51,339 nt of DNA from Candidatus Taylorbacteria bacterium RIFCSPHIGHO2_01_FULL_51_15 (GCA_001820935.1 MHRI01000011.1:2718-54056); one strand, 5' to 3'. Shown: positions 1 through 9,770, counted from the first letter of the stretch. Notes: generated by a model from the sequence alone, not told the origin. Translations and numbers: made by a program.

Positions 1-568
1 CGATACACCATCCATTACCTCCGTCTGCTCCGTTTTGGGTGATACCCGCTTCACCTTGTAGATTGAGAACCGTGCCTCCGCTCCCTATTCCGCCAGCACC
101 TCCTCCGACCATTGGACAGCCCCCGCTCCATCCGCCGTCTCCACCGGTCGCGCTAATGAGTGTGCTAAAACTGCTTGTCCCGCCAGGTCTTCCTAAGTAT
201 CCGCCCATAACTCGGCTACAGGGGCCGTAGGGACCAACAGTCGTGCCAGAGCCGCCGGCCCCTACTTTGATAGAATAGTCATTCCCAGGGACGACGGAGT
301 AGACACCCTTAGCGTAGCCTCCGCCGCCTGCGCCGGAACCGCCATCCCCGACACCTCCATCTCCATCGCCTCCCGCACCTCCCCCTCCCCATACCTCAAC
401 GGTTACTTCAGTCACACCGGAAGGTGCTTTCCAAGTAAAATTCCCGGGAGTGGAAAATTCATCTGTCGCGGCGTTCGCCAGGCTGACTCCCCCAAAAAGC
501 ATCACAAGCACACTTGTGACAAACGGGAGAAGAAAATGTGCGAGGAAAAGCCTCAATCTAAACCTCAT
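1..568 (-). CDS. Secreted glycine-rich domain protein (runs off left edge)
   Basis: Manual translation from ATG 568: MRFRLRLFLAHFLLPFVTSVLVMLFGGVSLANAATDEFSTPGNFTWKAPSGVTEVTVEVWGGGGAGG..., a signal peptide then the F-T-W-x-x-P-x-G-V-T...V-E-V-W-GGGG glycine-rich motif. Absent from the ORF track because no stop lies in the window. Confidence 0.8.
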   Translation of the reverse strand, partial: MRFRLRLFLAHFLLPFVTSVLVMLFGGVSLANAATDEFSTPGNFTWKAPSGVTEVTVEVWGGGGAGGDGDGGVGDGGSGAGGGGYAKGVYSVVPGNDYSIKVGAGGSGTTVGPYGPCSRVMGGYLGRPGGTSSFSTLISATGGDGGWSGGCPMVGGGAGGIGSGGTVLNLQGEAGITQNGADGGNGWCI

Positions 569-631
569 AAATTGTCATGAACACAAACCGCAATACCGAT
601 GTAAAACTACATGTAAATCTTATAGAGTGAC

Positions 632-685
632 GCCACAGGGCTACAGCCCGCTCGGTTCGCCCGAATAGGGCGTTACACCCTGTGG
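632..685. repeat. REP-like nested palindrome
   Basis: CCACAGGG...CCCTGTGG arms enclose an inner hairpin. Positions 641-670 match the in-frame insert in ddl (20784-20813) at 23/30 nt. Confidence 0.6.
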
Positions 686-699
686 AGCGAAGCCACACC

Positions 700-1065
700 T
701 CATCTACTTAACGCTCCGAAGATTGCAGTTCGTTCACTTTCCGTGAATCCATAGAGATGCGCTTCGGAGAGCATAACGATAGAGATAGACTGTTTCTCTT
801 CGGCGGTGAGGGGCTTCGAGGAATTCGCGCGAGAAAGAATATGCGTCTTGTACGCGGCAATGTCGGTTTTTGTGCCTTGAGGGGGCTGCGCTTTGCCTAA
901 TAGTTCATCTTGGCTTAGTGCCGGACGAGCTTTCAATTCACGTTCAGTTAAAGGATTCTGACCGACTCCACCATCAGACGATCCCCCTCCCCAAAATACC
1001 CAGCCAATAAGGAGGAGCCCGATAACCCCGAGAATGATATAGAGCGTGCGATTTTTATGTTCCAT
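700..1065 (-). CDS. Hypothetical membrane-anchored protein
   Basis: ORF with N-terminal TM helix (LYIILGVIGLLLIGWVFW); ATG 1065 preferred over 1101. Confidence 0.75.
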   Translation of the reverse strand: MEHKNRTLYIILGVIGLLLIGWVFWGGGSSDGGVGQNPLTERELKARPALSQDELLGKAQPPQGTKTDIAAYKTHILSRANSSKPLTAEEKQSISIVMLSEAHLYGFTESERTAIFGALSR

Positions 1066-1193
1066 GAAAAAACCACAATTAGTCTTAATAAAAGCGACCA
1101 ACGAGAGTGTTGTTCTATAAGTATAGCACTAGGGGATCGAAATACCCCGCTGGCAGATGTTGATAACGTCAGGCGTATCCCATTACGAGGTAA

Positions 1194-1225
1194 GAGTCAG
1201 ACTCTCGGCAGAGAGAGTCTGACTC
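1194..1225. repeat. Perfect 13-bp inverted repeat (REP-like)
   Basis: GAGTCAGACTCTC-ggcaga-GAGAGTCTGACTC; each arm is itself internally palindromic (GAGTCnGACTC). Confidence 0.65.
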
Positions 1226-1423
1226 CTACCCTCTTCTACCCCAAAAAGTGATACATCTCGATAACGTAGAAAAAGGGGCTAACTTTTTGACATAGTTATA
1301 GAATCGTGGCCATATTGACTTTGCGCGGGCTTTCATGCGATAATTGCGCCAGATCGCGGTTCTCTGAAATGTTTCTGCATCACGCGGGAAAAGAACACCG
1401 ATCCTTACGAAAGGAGCTCTCGA

Positions 1424-2371
1424 ATGAGAACTCTACTCGCCTTTTCAGGCACACTCCTGTGCCTCATCGGCACACTCTTTGGGGCATCAGAACCACCAAC
1501 GCAATTCTCAATTGCCATCGGAAAGAATCTCGAGAGACATATTGATTGGATAAGCGTCGGTGTCGGCACATCGAAAGGTTGGAGCGCAGCCTACACAAAC
1601 ATTATCTATGACCCTAGGAAAGACTCCGTCCAATCCGTTGTCGCGGAGCAGCTCGGGGCTATGGAGATGAATCCAAGAGCAGAGTTTGCCGACGTCGAAC
1701 ATGGGGTATGGGTGACAGCACATGCTCGACTGGAAGAGTTTGCGTTCCAGTCAGAAGCGGTTATGTTTGCCGCTCCAATCGAGAACGGGGGTTTTGACTC
1801 CTACTTCCGCTTCGAGAAAAGGGATGGAAAGCTGGCGATTCCCGAAAAGAACAAGCATCTCATCTTCAGGTACCCCGGCTCCATTGCTTACCTCTCAAAA
1901 GGGGCAACGGCGCTTAGAATCACCGCAAGGGAAGGAAGTCGGATGGCAATTCTCGACACACGCACGGAGGTGAATGACTTTGGAGTTCTATGTCAGATTC
2001 CTTCAATTCAGAATGGACTTAAGTTTGGGGTCGTCCATCTTCCTAAGGAGTTCGTGGTTCCTACCTCAGACCACTGGTGGACTGACATCGAGTTCATCTA
2101 CTTTTGGGACGAGAAGTTCATACTACTTGACGAGAACGGAGATCCTAAACCGCCTCTATCCATACAAGTAATTGGTGGAGGTCTCGAACTTACCGTTACG
2201 ATTGAGGGTGAGATCGAGGAGAGTGACTCGGTTGACGGAAAGTGGGGTCCAGCTTACTCCCTTACCGCCCTTGTTGAGGAGGAAAGTGCCCCTCGCCGCT
2301 TCCTTGTCACGCAGAGAGGAGCAATGAAGTTGTATCGAGTTCGACAGGACGTCGGACTGCAGAAGCAATAA
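1424..2371 (+). CDS. Hypothetical secreted protein (accessory)
   Basis: 315-aa ORF with AAGGAG SD, signal-peptide-like N-terminus, upstream TTGACT/TTGACA promoter-like hexamers and a downstream hairpin plus T-run (2397-2429). Confidence 0.8.
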   Translation: MRTLLAFSGTLLCLIGTLFGASEPPTQFSIAIGKNLERHIDWISVGVGTSKGWSAAYTNIIYDPRKDSVQSVVAEQLGAMEMNPRAEFADVEHGVWVTAHARLEEFAFQSEAVMFAAPIENGGFDSYFRFEKRDGKLAIPEKNKHLIFRYPGSIAYLSKGATALRITAREGSRMAILDTRTEVNDFGVLCQIPSIQNGLKFGVVHLPKEFVVPTSDHWWTDIEFIYFWDEKFILLDENGDPKPPLSIQVIGGGLELTVTIEGEIEESDSVDGKWGPAYSLTALVEEESAPRRFLVTQRGAMKLYRVRQDVGLQKQ

Positions 2372-2443
2372 TCTGGCGCGGAGGCGCCGCATATCGAGGT
2401 CCTGGCCTAGTTGCCTGGACCTCCTTTTTATCCACACGAAAAT

Positions 2444-2512
2444 TTGACACAAAATAGCTAACTTGCTAAGGTGTAGATACACGGTGTTCGCCTTCTCGGG
2501 CGGACATTTTTT
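2444..2512 (+). promoter_or_regulatory. nusA promoter and leader attenuator hairpin
   Basis: TTGACA(2444)-N17-TAAGGT with TG extension, then GTGTTCGCC-TTCTC-GGGCGGACAT plus T-run, analogous to rimP/nusA leader terminators. Confidence 0.65.
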
Positions 2513-2548
2513 ATAGAAAATTAATGAAGCGTAAGCGGAGTATAATTT

Positions 2549-2847
2549 TCATAACCCCCTCACTTACAGACAATATGTTCTACTTCTACGTGTTGCAATC
2601 ACTCACGGACAAGGACTTGTACTTTGGATACACGGACAATCTGAAACGACGATTCAAAGAACATCATGACGGTCGAGTGATTGCAACACGCCGCCGCTTG
2701 CCAATGCATCTTGCATACTATGAGGCGTAAAGCGCGAAGAAAGACGCTAGAAATCGGGAGTTTCAGATTAAGCGGCGGTCTAAAGCACACATAGGTTTGA
2801 AATGTCGCATAATTAATAGTTTAAATCGGTAAGTGAGGGGGTGATGA
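2549..2847. mobile_element. Inverted-repeat-bounded cassette carrying the GIY-YIG gene
   Basis: ACCCCCTCACTTAC (2554-2567) and GTAAGTGAGGGGGT (2829-2842) form a perfect 14-bp IR, 18/19 when extended. Confidence 0.6.
2575..2832 (+). pseudogene. GIY-YIG nuclease family protein with in-frame nonsense codon
   Basis: MFYFYVLQS...LYFGYTDNLKRRFKEH...LAYYEA*SAKKDARNREFQIK. TAA at 2728-2730 sits where Tyr is expected; the frame continues to a stop at 2830-2832. Confidence 0.85.
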
Positions 2848-2887
2848 TTTTTATAGTCGTCGCTACGCTCCTCCTTAAAAATCAATC

Positions 2888-4099
2888 ATGTTTGACCTCA
2901 AAATAATCAATTCCGTCCTCGACCAACTCGAGGAAGAACGCGGCATCCCGCGCGATAAAGTGCTCGAAGCCATCGAGGCTGCGCTCGCGACGGCGTACAA
3001 AAAAGAATATGGCAAGAAGGGCCAGATTGTCCGGGCTAAATTTGATATTGGAAGTGGGGCAACCACCTTTAATCAGGTGAAGATCGTCGTCGACGAGACG
3101 CGCGTCATTCCGGAAACGGAAATCGAGAAAATGAAAGAAACGGAGAAAGAGCGCGATCCTAGCGATGAGCGCATTTATTTCAATCCCGAACACCACATCA
3201 TGATTCATGACGCGAAGAAGATAAAGAAAGACGCGGCCCTCGATGAGGAGATTGTCTTTCCGCTCGAAAGCAAGGGGGATTACGGACGTATCGCGGCGCA
3301 AACGGCGAAACAGGTGATTATTCAAAAAATCCGTGAAGCTGAAAAGACTTCGGTGATGACGGAGTACGGCGCAAGGCAAGGTGAGATCGTTTCGGGTACG
3401 GTGCAGCGCATAGAGCGCGGTAATCTCTTTATCGACATGGGTCGCGCGACAGGGCTTCTCCCCTATGAAGAGCAAATCCCCGGGGAGCGCTACCGTCAGG
3501 GCGAGCGTGTGCGTGCGTATCTCTATCGCGTGGAGGAGTCTCCCAAGGGTATTTTTCTTAAGCTGTCCCGATCGCACCCAAAATTCATTTACGAACTCTT
3601 CAAACAGGAGGCGCCCGAAGTCGCAAGTAGCGCTGTTGAAATCAAGGCGATAGCCCGCGAGCCGGGTTCCCGAACTAAAATCGCGGTGGCTTCGAATGAT
3701 CCGCATATTGACCCGGTTGGTTCTCTCGTGGGACAGCGCGGCGTGCGCGTGTCAACGGTGATGTCGGAACTTGGCGGCGAGAAAATAGATATCATTGAGT
3801 GGTCGCCGGAAGCGGCGAAATTCATAGAAGCGGCGCTCTCGCCTGCTGAAGTACTTTCCGTTAAAGTAGACGAGACAGGGAAAAAGGCCGTCGTAGAAGT
3901 AGCTGAAACCGAACAGTCGCTGGCCATTGGCAAAGGGGGCCAAAATGTCCGCCTCGCCGCGAAGCTCACCGGCTGGAAGATTGATATCCGCTCGGCCAAG
4001 AGTGAAGCCGCCGTGAAAACGGAAGTACCGGAAGCGGAACCAACCACCGACATCTCACAACCAACCACTGAAGAAACGCCGGGGGAGAAAAAAGAATAG
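2888..4099 (+). CDS. nusA: Transcription termination/antitermination factor NusA
   Basis: GRIAAQTAKQVIIQKIREAE, S1 and KH motifs (AREPGSRTKIAV, SLAIGKGGQNVRLAAKLTGWKIDI). Confidence 0.98.
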   Translation: MFDLKIINSVLDQLEEERGIPRDKVLEAIEAALATAYKKEYGKKGQIVRAKFDIGSGATTFNQVKIVVDETRVIPETEIEKMKETEKERDPSDERIYFNPEHHIMIHDAKKIKKDAALDEEIVFPLESKGDYGRIAAQTAKQVIIQKIREAEKTSVMTEYGARQGEIVSGTVQRIERGNLFIDMGRATGLLPYEEQIPGERYRQGERVRAYLYRVEESPKGIFLKLSRSHPKFIYELFKQEAPEVASSAVEIKAIAREPGSRTKIAVASNDPHIDPVGSLVGQRGVRVSTVMSELGGEKIDIIEWSPEAAKFIEAALSPAEVLSVKVDETGKKAVVEVAETEQSLAIGKGGQNVRLAAKLTGWKIDIRSAKSEAAVKTEVPEAEPTTDISQPTTEETPGEKKE

Positions 4100-4104
4100 T
4101 CGTC

Positions 4105-4163
4105 TCCTCTCCTCACCCCTCCTCTCTAAGGAGGGGTGTTTCGTCTTCGAGACGGGGTGGTAG
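4105..4163. repeat. G/C-rich CCCCTCC..GGAGGGG palindromic element
   Basis: CACCCCTCCTCTCTAAGGAGGGGTG...GACGGGGTGGT; related copies at 12274-12350, 36661-36707 and inside ORFs. Confidence 0.65.
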
Positions 4164-4209
4164 TGCTCTAACAAAAAATCCCGCTCGGGAAAAGGGAAAC
4201 TCCGCTCTT

Positions 4210-4236
4210 GTTATTCCCGCGTAGGCGGGAATCCAG
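4210..4236. repeat. dRS3-like palindrome ATTCCC-N8-GGGAAT
   Basis: ATTCCCGCGTAGGCGGGAAT at 4213-4232 followed by CCAG. Confidence 0.65.
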
Positions 4237-4359
4237 TCAAAAACAATGATTACCACTTATTTGCGGTCGTAGATATGTGGTAACTTGCCGCTACACCCAT
4301 TTTTCCGAGAAAAAAGGCGGGGCGGCTTGTTTGCCGACCCGCGTGCGCAAAAACCGAAC

Positions 4360-4851
4360 TTAGTGTGAATTGGGAAATGTTACTTTGTAGTTTCCCTCCT
4401 CTGTTTCCTCAACAATACCGATATTGATACAGCGAGGCCACCCATGCGGCGCAAAAACGAACCTGGAGCGCAGACCTTCTCCACTTACATCGCTCTCCAC
4501 ATCCGCAATGTATTGCGCCAGTTTTTCTTCCATGTACCTTTCCAAATGAACTGACCGGTTCGCGATAAGTTGCCATGAGGGAATACGTGTGTAGTCGCCG
4601 AACCCGGATTCGATGCCGCAAAGAGCGATTGAAATCTTCCCTTCCTTCACTCCTCCAACCTGCGCGAGAGTATGAAATAAGAGAAAGTGCACCGTTTGGT
4701 GTTTCTCCTTCAAGCCCTCACCGGCGCCGGAGGAAGCACTGACGTAAAAAGTAAAGATGATCGCCTTACCTTCTGGAAGGAAGCTTAAGTTGAGACATGT
4801 GGTTGCAACGCGCAGGGCGGTTGAAAAAGGCATGAAAAGTTCTCGATTCAT
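4360..4851 (-). CDS. Hypothetical protein (accessory)
   Basis: 163-aa ORF with upstream TTGACA-N17-CATATT on the minus strand and a downstream hairpin plus T-run (~4310-4343). Confidence 0.6.
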   Translation of the reverse strand: MNRELFMPFSTALRVATTCLNLSFLPEGKAIIFTFYVSASSGAGEGLKEKHQTVHFLLFHTLAQVGGVKEGKISIALCGIESGFGDYTRIPSWQLIANRSVHLERYMEEKLAQYIADVESDVSGEGLRSRFVFAPHGWPRCINIGIVEETEEGNYKVTFPNSH

Positions 4852-5016
4852 AGCAGAATTTCTTTCTATCCGAAGTAGAATATGACAATTAAGACACGAC
4901 TTGTCAATCCTCGCCTAATCATAAAACTCTGCTACAATCGGACTTGATATTGGCTTTATTTACCAGTTTTTAACTTCTTACGGCTTCGAACCTAGAACTT
5001 CGAGCTTTTTTATTTC

Positions 5017-7023
5017 ATGAATCCCGTCATCGTATTCGCTCTCGCTTCGTCATTACTCGCGCTTCTCTATGGCATCGTCGCCGCCACTCGTCTTCTCAAA
5101 CAAAACGCCGGAAGCGAACGGATGAAAGAAATCTCCGGGGCGATCGCGCAGGGCGCGAAAGCGTATCTCAACCGCCAGTACAAAACGGTTGCCCTTGTCG
5201 CTCTCATCCTCGCGGTTATTCTTTACTTCGCGTTTAACGCAACCACCGCCATCGGTTTTCTTATCGGTGCCGTTCTTTCGGCGCTCGCCGGGTACATCGG
5301 CATGAACGTCTCGGTGCGCGCGAACGCACGGGTTGCACAGGCGGCAACCGGAGGAATGAAAGGTGCACTCGCGCTCGCGTTCCAGGGCGGCTCAATTACG
5401 GGACTTTTGGTCGTCGGCCTTGCCCTTCTCGGTGTCGCGGGATTTTTTGCGGTAACGGGAGATGTGAAGGCACTTATCGGACTTTCGTTCGGGGCTTCAC
5501 TCATTTCGGTGTTTGCCCGTCTTGGTGGAGGTATTTTTACGAAAGCCGCCGATGTCGGGGCTGACCTTGTCGGAAAGGTTGAAGCGGGTATCCCGGAGGA
5601 TGACCCGAGAAACCCGGCCGTCATCGCGGACAATGTGGGAGATAACGTGGGCGATTGCGCGGGCATGGCTGCGGACCTCTTTGAGACGTACGCGGTTACC
5701 GCGATCGCGGCGATGCTTCTTGGTGTGATTATTTTCCCCGATTTCGAGGGCGCGCTTCTCTACCCTCTCGCGATCGGCGCCGTTTCGATCATTGCCTCGA
5801 TTCTTGGTACGTTCTTCGTAAGGCTTGGCAAAAACGGCTCGATCATGGGTGCGCTGTATAAAGGCCTCATCGCTTCGGGTGTGCTTTCCGCGATTGCGTT
5901 TTACCCGCTCACCCTGCGGCTCATGGAAGGAAACGGCCTCTTTGCTCCAAGCGCGCTTTTCTATGCTTCGCTTGTCGGCCTCTTTGTCACGGGACTGCTT
6001 GTATGGATCACCGAGTATTACACCGGCACGGGACACCCCCCAGTGCAATCAATCGCGGAGGCAAGTCGCTCGGGACATGGAACCAACATCATCCAAGGTC
6101 TCGCGGTCTCGATGAAAGCTACCGCTCTTCCGCTCCTTACTATTGTCGGAGGTATTCTCGCCGCCCATTATTTCGCGGGACTCTATGGCATCGCCATTGC
6201 CGCGATGAGCATGCTTTCGATGGCGGGCATCATTGTCGCGATTGACGCCTATGGCCCGATCACCGACAACGCGGGAGGTATCGCGGAAATGAGTAATCTT
6301 CCAAAGAACGTGCGCGAAGTGACGGACGCGCTCGACGCGGTGGGTAACACGACGAAGGCGGTCACAAAAGGCTACGCCATCGGTTCGGCAGGACTCGCGG
6401 CGATCGTACTGTTTTCTTCGTACACGCAGGAATTTGAAGCGCTCGGGAAAACTCTCTCGTTCGATCTAAGAGATCCTTTGGTGATCATCGGCTTGTTTAT
6501 TGGCGGACTTCTTCCCTACTACTTCGCAGCGATCTCTATGGAGTCGGTGCGTAAAGCCGCAAGCTCGGTGGTGGAAGAAGTGCGGCGTCAGTTTCGTGAG
6601 ATCAAGGGTATCATGACCGGCGACGCGAAACCTGACTACAGCAAGGCGGTAGATATTGTGACGAAAGCAGCCATCAAGGAAATGATTGTGCCCGCCCTTA
6701 TTCCGGTACTTGCTCCGATCATCGTCGGCTTTCTCTTCGGTCCAGTCGCGCTCGGAGGCCTCCTTGTCGGTTCAATCGTCACTGGACTCTTCGTCGCGAT
6801 TTCAATGACGTCAGGCGGTGGCGCGTGGGATAACGCCAAGAAACTGATTGAAAGGGATCCGCCGGGTGTCGGATTTGGCGGCAAAGGATCGGATGCCCAC
6901 AAAGCGGCCGTGACGGGAGATACGGTCGGCGATCCCTATAAAGACACTGCCGGACCGGCGATAAATCCGATGATTAAGATCTTAAATATAGTCGCACTGC
7001 TTCTTATTCCGTTTCTGTTATAA
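5017..7023 (+). CDS. hppA: Membrane-bound ion-translocating pyrophosphatase (probably K+-independent H+-PPase)
   Basis: [20 protein letters not shown] and [10 protein letters not shown] motifs; GNTTKA carries the Lys typical of K+-independent enzymes. Confidence 0.96.
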   Translation: MNPVIVFALASSLLALLYGIVAATRLLKQNAGSERMKEISGAIAQGAKAYLNRQYKTVALVALILAVILYFAFNATTAIGFLIGAVLSALAGYIGMNVSVRANARVAQAATGGMKGALALAFQGGSITGLLVVGLALLGVAGFFAVTGDVKALIGLSFGASLISVFARLGGGIFTKAADVGADLVGKVEAGIPEDDPRNPAVIADNVGDNVGDCAGMAADLFETYAVTAIAAMLLGVIIFPDFEGALLYPLAIGAVSIIASILGTFFVRLGKNGSIMGALYKGLIASGVLSAIAFYPLTLRLMEGNGLFAPSALFYASLVGLFVTGLLVWITEYYTGTGHPPVQSIAEASRSGHGTNIIQGLAVSMKATALPLLTIVGGILAAHYFAGLYGIAIAAMSMLSMAGIIVAIDAYGPITDNAGGIAEMSNLPKNVREVTDALDAVGNTTKAVTKGYAIGSAGLAAIVLFSSYTQEFEALGKTLSFDLRDPLVIIGLFIGGLLPYYFAAISMESVRKAASSVVEEVRRQFREIKGIMTGDAKPDYSKAVDIVTKAAIKEMIVPALIPVLAPIIVGFLFGPVALGGLLVGSIVTGLFVAISMTSGGGAWDNAKKLIERDPPGVGFGGKGSDAHKAAVTGDTVGDPYKDTAGPAINPMIKILNIVALLLIPFLL

Positions 7024-7057
7024 TAGGAGACACGGAGAAATCCGAAGCACGGTACAC

Positions 7058-7160
7058 AAAAACCAAACAAACATCCCAAAGCACAATATCCAAAAAGCCA
7101 AACGAGGAAGGAAGATTTGTGTTTTGTTTGGATACTGGGCGGTCTGTGCTTTGTGTCACT
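7058..7160. repeat. Heptamer-based inverted-arm element, family A (empty)
   Basis: CAAAGCACAATATCCAAAAAGCCAAAC arm facing a TTTGTG/TTTGG arm; near-identical inverted copy at 8774-8910. Confidence 0.8.
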
Positions 7161-7169
7161 AATTAAGAC

Positions 7170-7454
7170 ATGTATCCAACCGAAGAAACCGGAGTCACAC
7201 CATTGCGGTCAATGCGGCAGGAGGATGCGGCGGAACAAACGCCTATCCCTAGGCCTCTCCAAAGCCTGCCCGCGACGCCAGAGAAATTTCTTCCGCTGCC
7301 ACGCCATATTTCATGGAGTACCGTCATTGGCATCGTGATCCTCGTCCTCTTTCTCATCCTGGCAGGGCTGTACACTTGGGGCGCCAAGCTTGCCAAAGAA
7401 GATGCTGTATTGCAAAATGCCGAAGTAGGAATTGAGGCGGAAAACACGTTTTAG
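7170..7454 (+). CDS. Small single-TM hypothetical protein
   Basis: 94-aa ORF with hydrophobic helix VIGIVILVLFLILAGLYTWG. Confidence 0.75.
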   Translation: MYPTEETGVTPLRSMRQEDAAEQTPIPRPLQSLPATPEKFLPLPRHISWSTVIGIVILVLFLILAGLYTWGAKLAKEDAVLQNAEVGIEAENTF

Positions 7455-7456
7455 AA

Positions 7457-7643
7457 TAGAACTGGTTTCAAAACCTATCGCAATCCAAAGATTCGCGGTA
7501 TTCGAGAGAAAAAGGGCGCAGACGAGGAAGGTGTAGCCGGCTACTCCGACTGAGGATAAGCCATTTTTCACCGAATACCACGAATCGACGATGCGAAATG
7601 GCTTCAATCAACGACGCCATGGTAGGTTTTGAAACCAGTTCTA
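7457..7643. mobile_element. MITE-like non-autonomous element
   Basis: Perfect 21-bp terminal IR TAGAACTGGTTTCAAAACCTA / TAGGTTTTGAAACCAGTTCTA with TA at both ends, internal GTAGCCGGCTAC palindrome, no transposase. Confidence 0.8.
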
Positions 7644-7761
7644 GTCGGGGCGTCTGTCATTTGAGTTCTCGTGCCTGTGTTTTCCAGAGAGCGAGGAGTA
7701 GCAAGTGGCGTTGAGTTTTTGGTTTTTTGTGCCTGTCTGCGTTTTGTGCCTTTTTTGTGTT

Positions 7762-8772
7762 ATGCATTACACCATTAAAGAGAAAAAGTTGCTTCCCAAA
7801 TCACAGCTTCTTGTGACACTCGAGATCCAAAGCGAGGAGATAGCGCAGCACCGCGCCCATGTGCTTGGCCATCTGAAAAAGGACACCGAACTTCCTGGTT
7901 TTCGTAAAGGATTTGTGCCGGAAAAGATGATTCGCGAGCGCATGGGTGAGATGGCACTTTGGGAGGAGGCCGCGATGGAGGCGCTCTCGCACGTGCTTGC
8001 ACAGGTGGTAGAGGCGGAGAAGCTCCGGCTCATCGGCCGACCCAGTGTGGAGGTGAAAAAGCTCGCGCCAGATAATGCCGCCGAGCTTGCGGTTACCCTG
8101 ACGCTGTATCCCGAACTCTCGCTTCCTGACTACAAAAAGATTGCCGCAACGCACGGCGAGAAGAAACCAGAACCGGACGATGTCGATGAAAAAGAGATTG
8201 ATACCGTTGTGGCAGAAATTAAAAAACAGCATGAGGCTTCGGCGGGGAAAAAGGATTTTAACATTACGGATGAAACGGTGAAGGAGTTCGGCGAGTTTAA
8301 GACGGTTTCCGACTTTCGAGCAAAAGTTAAAGAAGGTCTTGCTTCACGTAAAGCAGAACGAAATCGCGAGAAACGTCGTGCGCAGCTTCTCGATGTGCTC
8401 GTGAATGAGAGCGGGGGGGAGATACCGGAGATGATGATTGAAAGTGAACTTTCGCGAATGGAAAATGAGTTTCGTGCGGAGATAGAACGCATGGGCGGGT
8501 CCTTCGAGAACTACCTAAAGGAGCTGAAGAAGGATGTGGCGACCTTGAAAGAGAGCTGGCGAGAGAGTGGGGAGCGGCGTGCAAGGCTGCAACTCATGCT
8601 CTTCCAAATAGCGCGTAAGGAATCCCTTGCCGCAACGAGAGAAGAAATTGAAAAGGAAGTGAAGCACCTTCTCGAGCACTACAAAGACGCAGATGAAGAA
8701 AACGCGCGGAGTTATGTTGAGACACTGCTCACGAACCAGAAAGTGCTGGAATTTCTAGAAAAACAAAAGTAG
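7762..8772 (+). CDS. tig: Trigger factor (short form, FKBP domain apparently absent)
   Basis: LPGFRKGFVP ribosome-binding motif and C-terminal chaperone domain. ATG 7762 chosen because the longer ORF start translates a repeat. Confidence 0.9.
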   Translation: MHYTIKEKKLLPKSQLLVTLEIQSEEIAQHRAHVLGHLKKDTELPGFRKGFVPEKMIRERMGEMALWEEAAMEALSHVLAQVVEAEKLRLIGRPSVEVKKLAPDNAAELAVTLTLYPELSLPDYKKIAATHGEKKPEPDDVDEKEIDTVVAEIKKQHEASAGKKDFNITDETVKEFGEFKTVSDFRAKVKEGLASRKAERNREKRRAQLLDVLVNESGGEIPEMMIESELSRMENEFRAEIERMGGSFENYLKELKKDVATLKESWRESGERRARLQLMLFQIARKESLAATREEIEKEVKHLLEHYKDADEENARSYVETLLTNQKVLEFLEKQK

Positions 8773-8773
8773 G

Positions 8774-8910
8774 AACACAACAAAACACAATCCGCCCAGT
8801 ATCCAAACAAAACACAAACTTCCCAAAACACAAATCTTCCTTCCTCGTTTGGCTTTTTTGGATACTGTGCTTTGGTATGTTTGTTTGGTCTTTGTGTACT
8901 GTGCTTTTTG
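8774..8910. repeat. Heptamer-based inverted-arm element, family A (empty)
   Basis: Reverse complement closely matches 7066-7157, including CCAAACGAGGAAGGAAGATTTGTGTTTTG. Confidence 0.8.
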
Positions 8911-9615
8911 CTACGACTCTAGCAGGAGTAGCGCAGTCACTGCCACTGCCGCAGTTTCAGCCCGAAGTGTGGAAGTCCCGAGCGAGTACACGGAGATCTT
9001 TCTCTCACGAAAGAGTTCGAGTTCGCGCGCGCTCCATCCCCCCTCCGGACCAATGAACGCGCCGACTTTTTGAGCTTCGGCCCATTCCTTTTTCCTGAAC
9101 GGCTTACCATAAGGATCGAACGCGATGGAGGTAAAATAGTAATACTCTTTGAACGCGTTTTGGAGCTCCATCGGTTCATACAGGGCTGGCAAGCTCCCCC
9201 GTCCCGATTGTTCCGCGGCTTCCCTAACGATATCTTCGGCGCGTTTCAGGTTAAACGCCTTTACTTCGGAGCGGTCTGCGATAATGGGTCTTATTTGCGC
9301 GACACCAAGCTCCGTTGCTTTTTCGAGAAGCCATTCGAATCGCTCCTTTTTAATGAGCGAGGCGAATAGGAAAAATTGCTGAGTTGGTGCTACCGCGTTT
9401 TTAATGGATTCTCGCACGAGGCAGATCGCTTCTTTTTTATCGAGCGATGCGAGTTCACAGCGGTGATCCATTCCAAATCCGTCGAACAAGATGACTTCAT
9501 TCCCCACCTTAAGACGAAGGACATGTTGCCACTGATGCAGGAGTTTTGGGTCTTTGATCGAAAGCCGAATGTCGGGCGCTATCCGCTCTTCCACAAAAAA
9601 TCTATGTAGTCGCAT
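8911..9615 (-). CDS. rsmE: 16S rRNA m3U1498 methyltransferase
   Basis: HVLRL, EKATELGV, EAAEQSGR, IGPEGG and LRAETAA motifs. Confidence 0.96.
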   Translation of the reverse strand: MRLHRFFVEERIAPDIRLSIKDPKLLHQWQHVLRLKVGNEVILFDGFGMDHRCELASLDKKEAICLVRESIKNAVAPTQQFFLFASLIKKERFEWLLEKATELGVAQIRPIIADRSEVKAFNLKRAEDIVREAAEQSGRGSLPALYEPMELQNAFKEYYYFTSIAFDPYGKPFRKKEWAEAQKVGAFIGPEGGWSARELELFRERKISVYSLGTSTLRAETAAVAVTALLLLES

Positions 9616-9770
9616 TAAAGGAAGTATAGAGTAGAAAGTAGAAAGTAGAAAGTGAGAGGTCGATAAGCTATTAATCCTTCTTCGTTTGTCAATTCAGCAT
9701 TTTTTTGTTATTCTCTCCCTGTCTTACTTTATGAATTTTGCGGACATTATTAACTTTTAACTTACTTCTC

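Noticed and set aside
2728..2730. Stop-codon recoding or alternative genetic code
   Set aside because: TAA, TAG and TGA all terminate conserved genes here (e.g. clpP ends in TGA); a single nonsense change is simpler.
2882..3706. Long antisense ORFs (also 13215-14021, 5497-6048, 30318-30830 and others)
   Set aside because: They shadow well-supported genes on the opposite strand and have no motifs.
7705..7761. N-terminal extensions in the ORF track (tig, 30930, 38849, 42518, 23875)
   Set aside because: They translate repeat arms, promoters or a tRNA; downstream starts fit homology and -10 spacing better.
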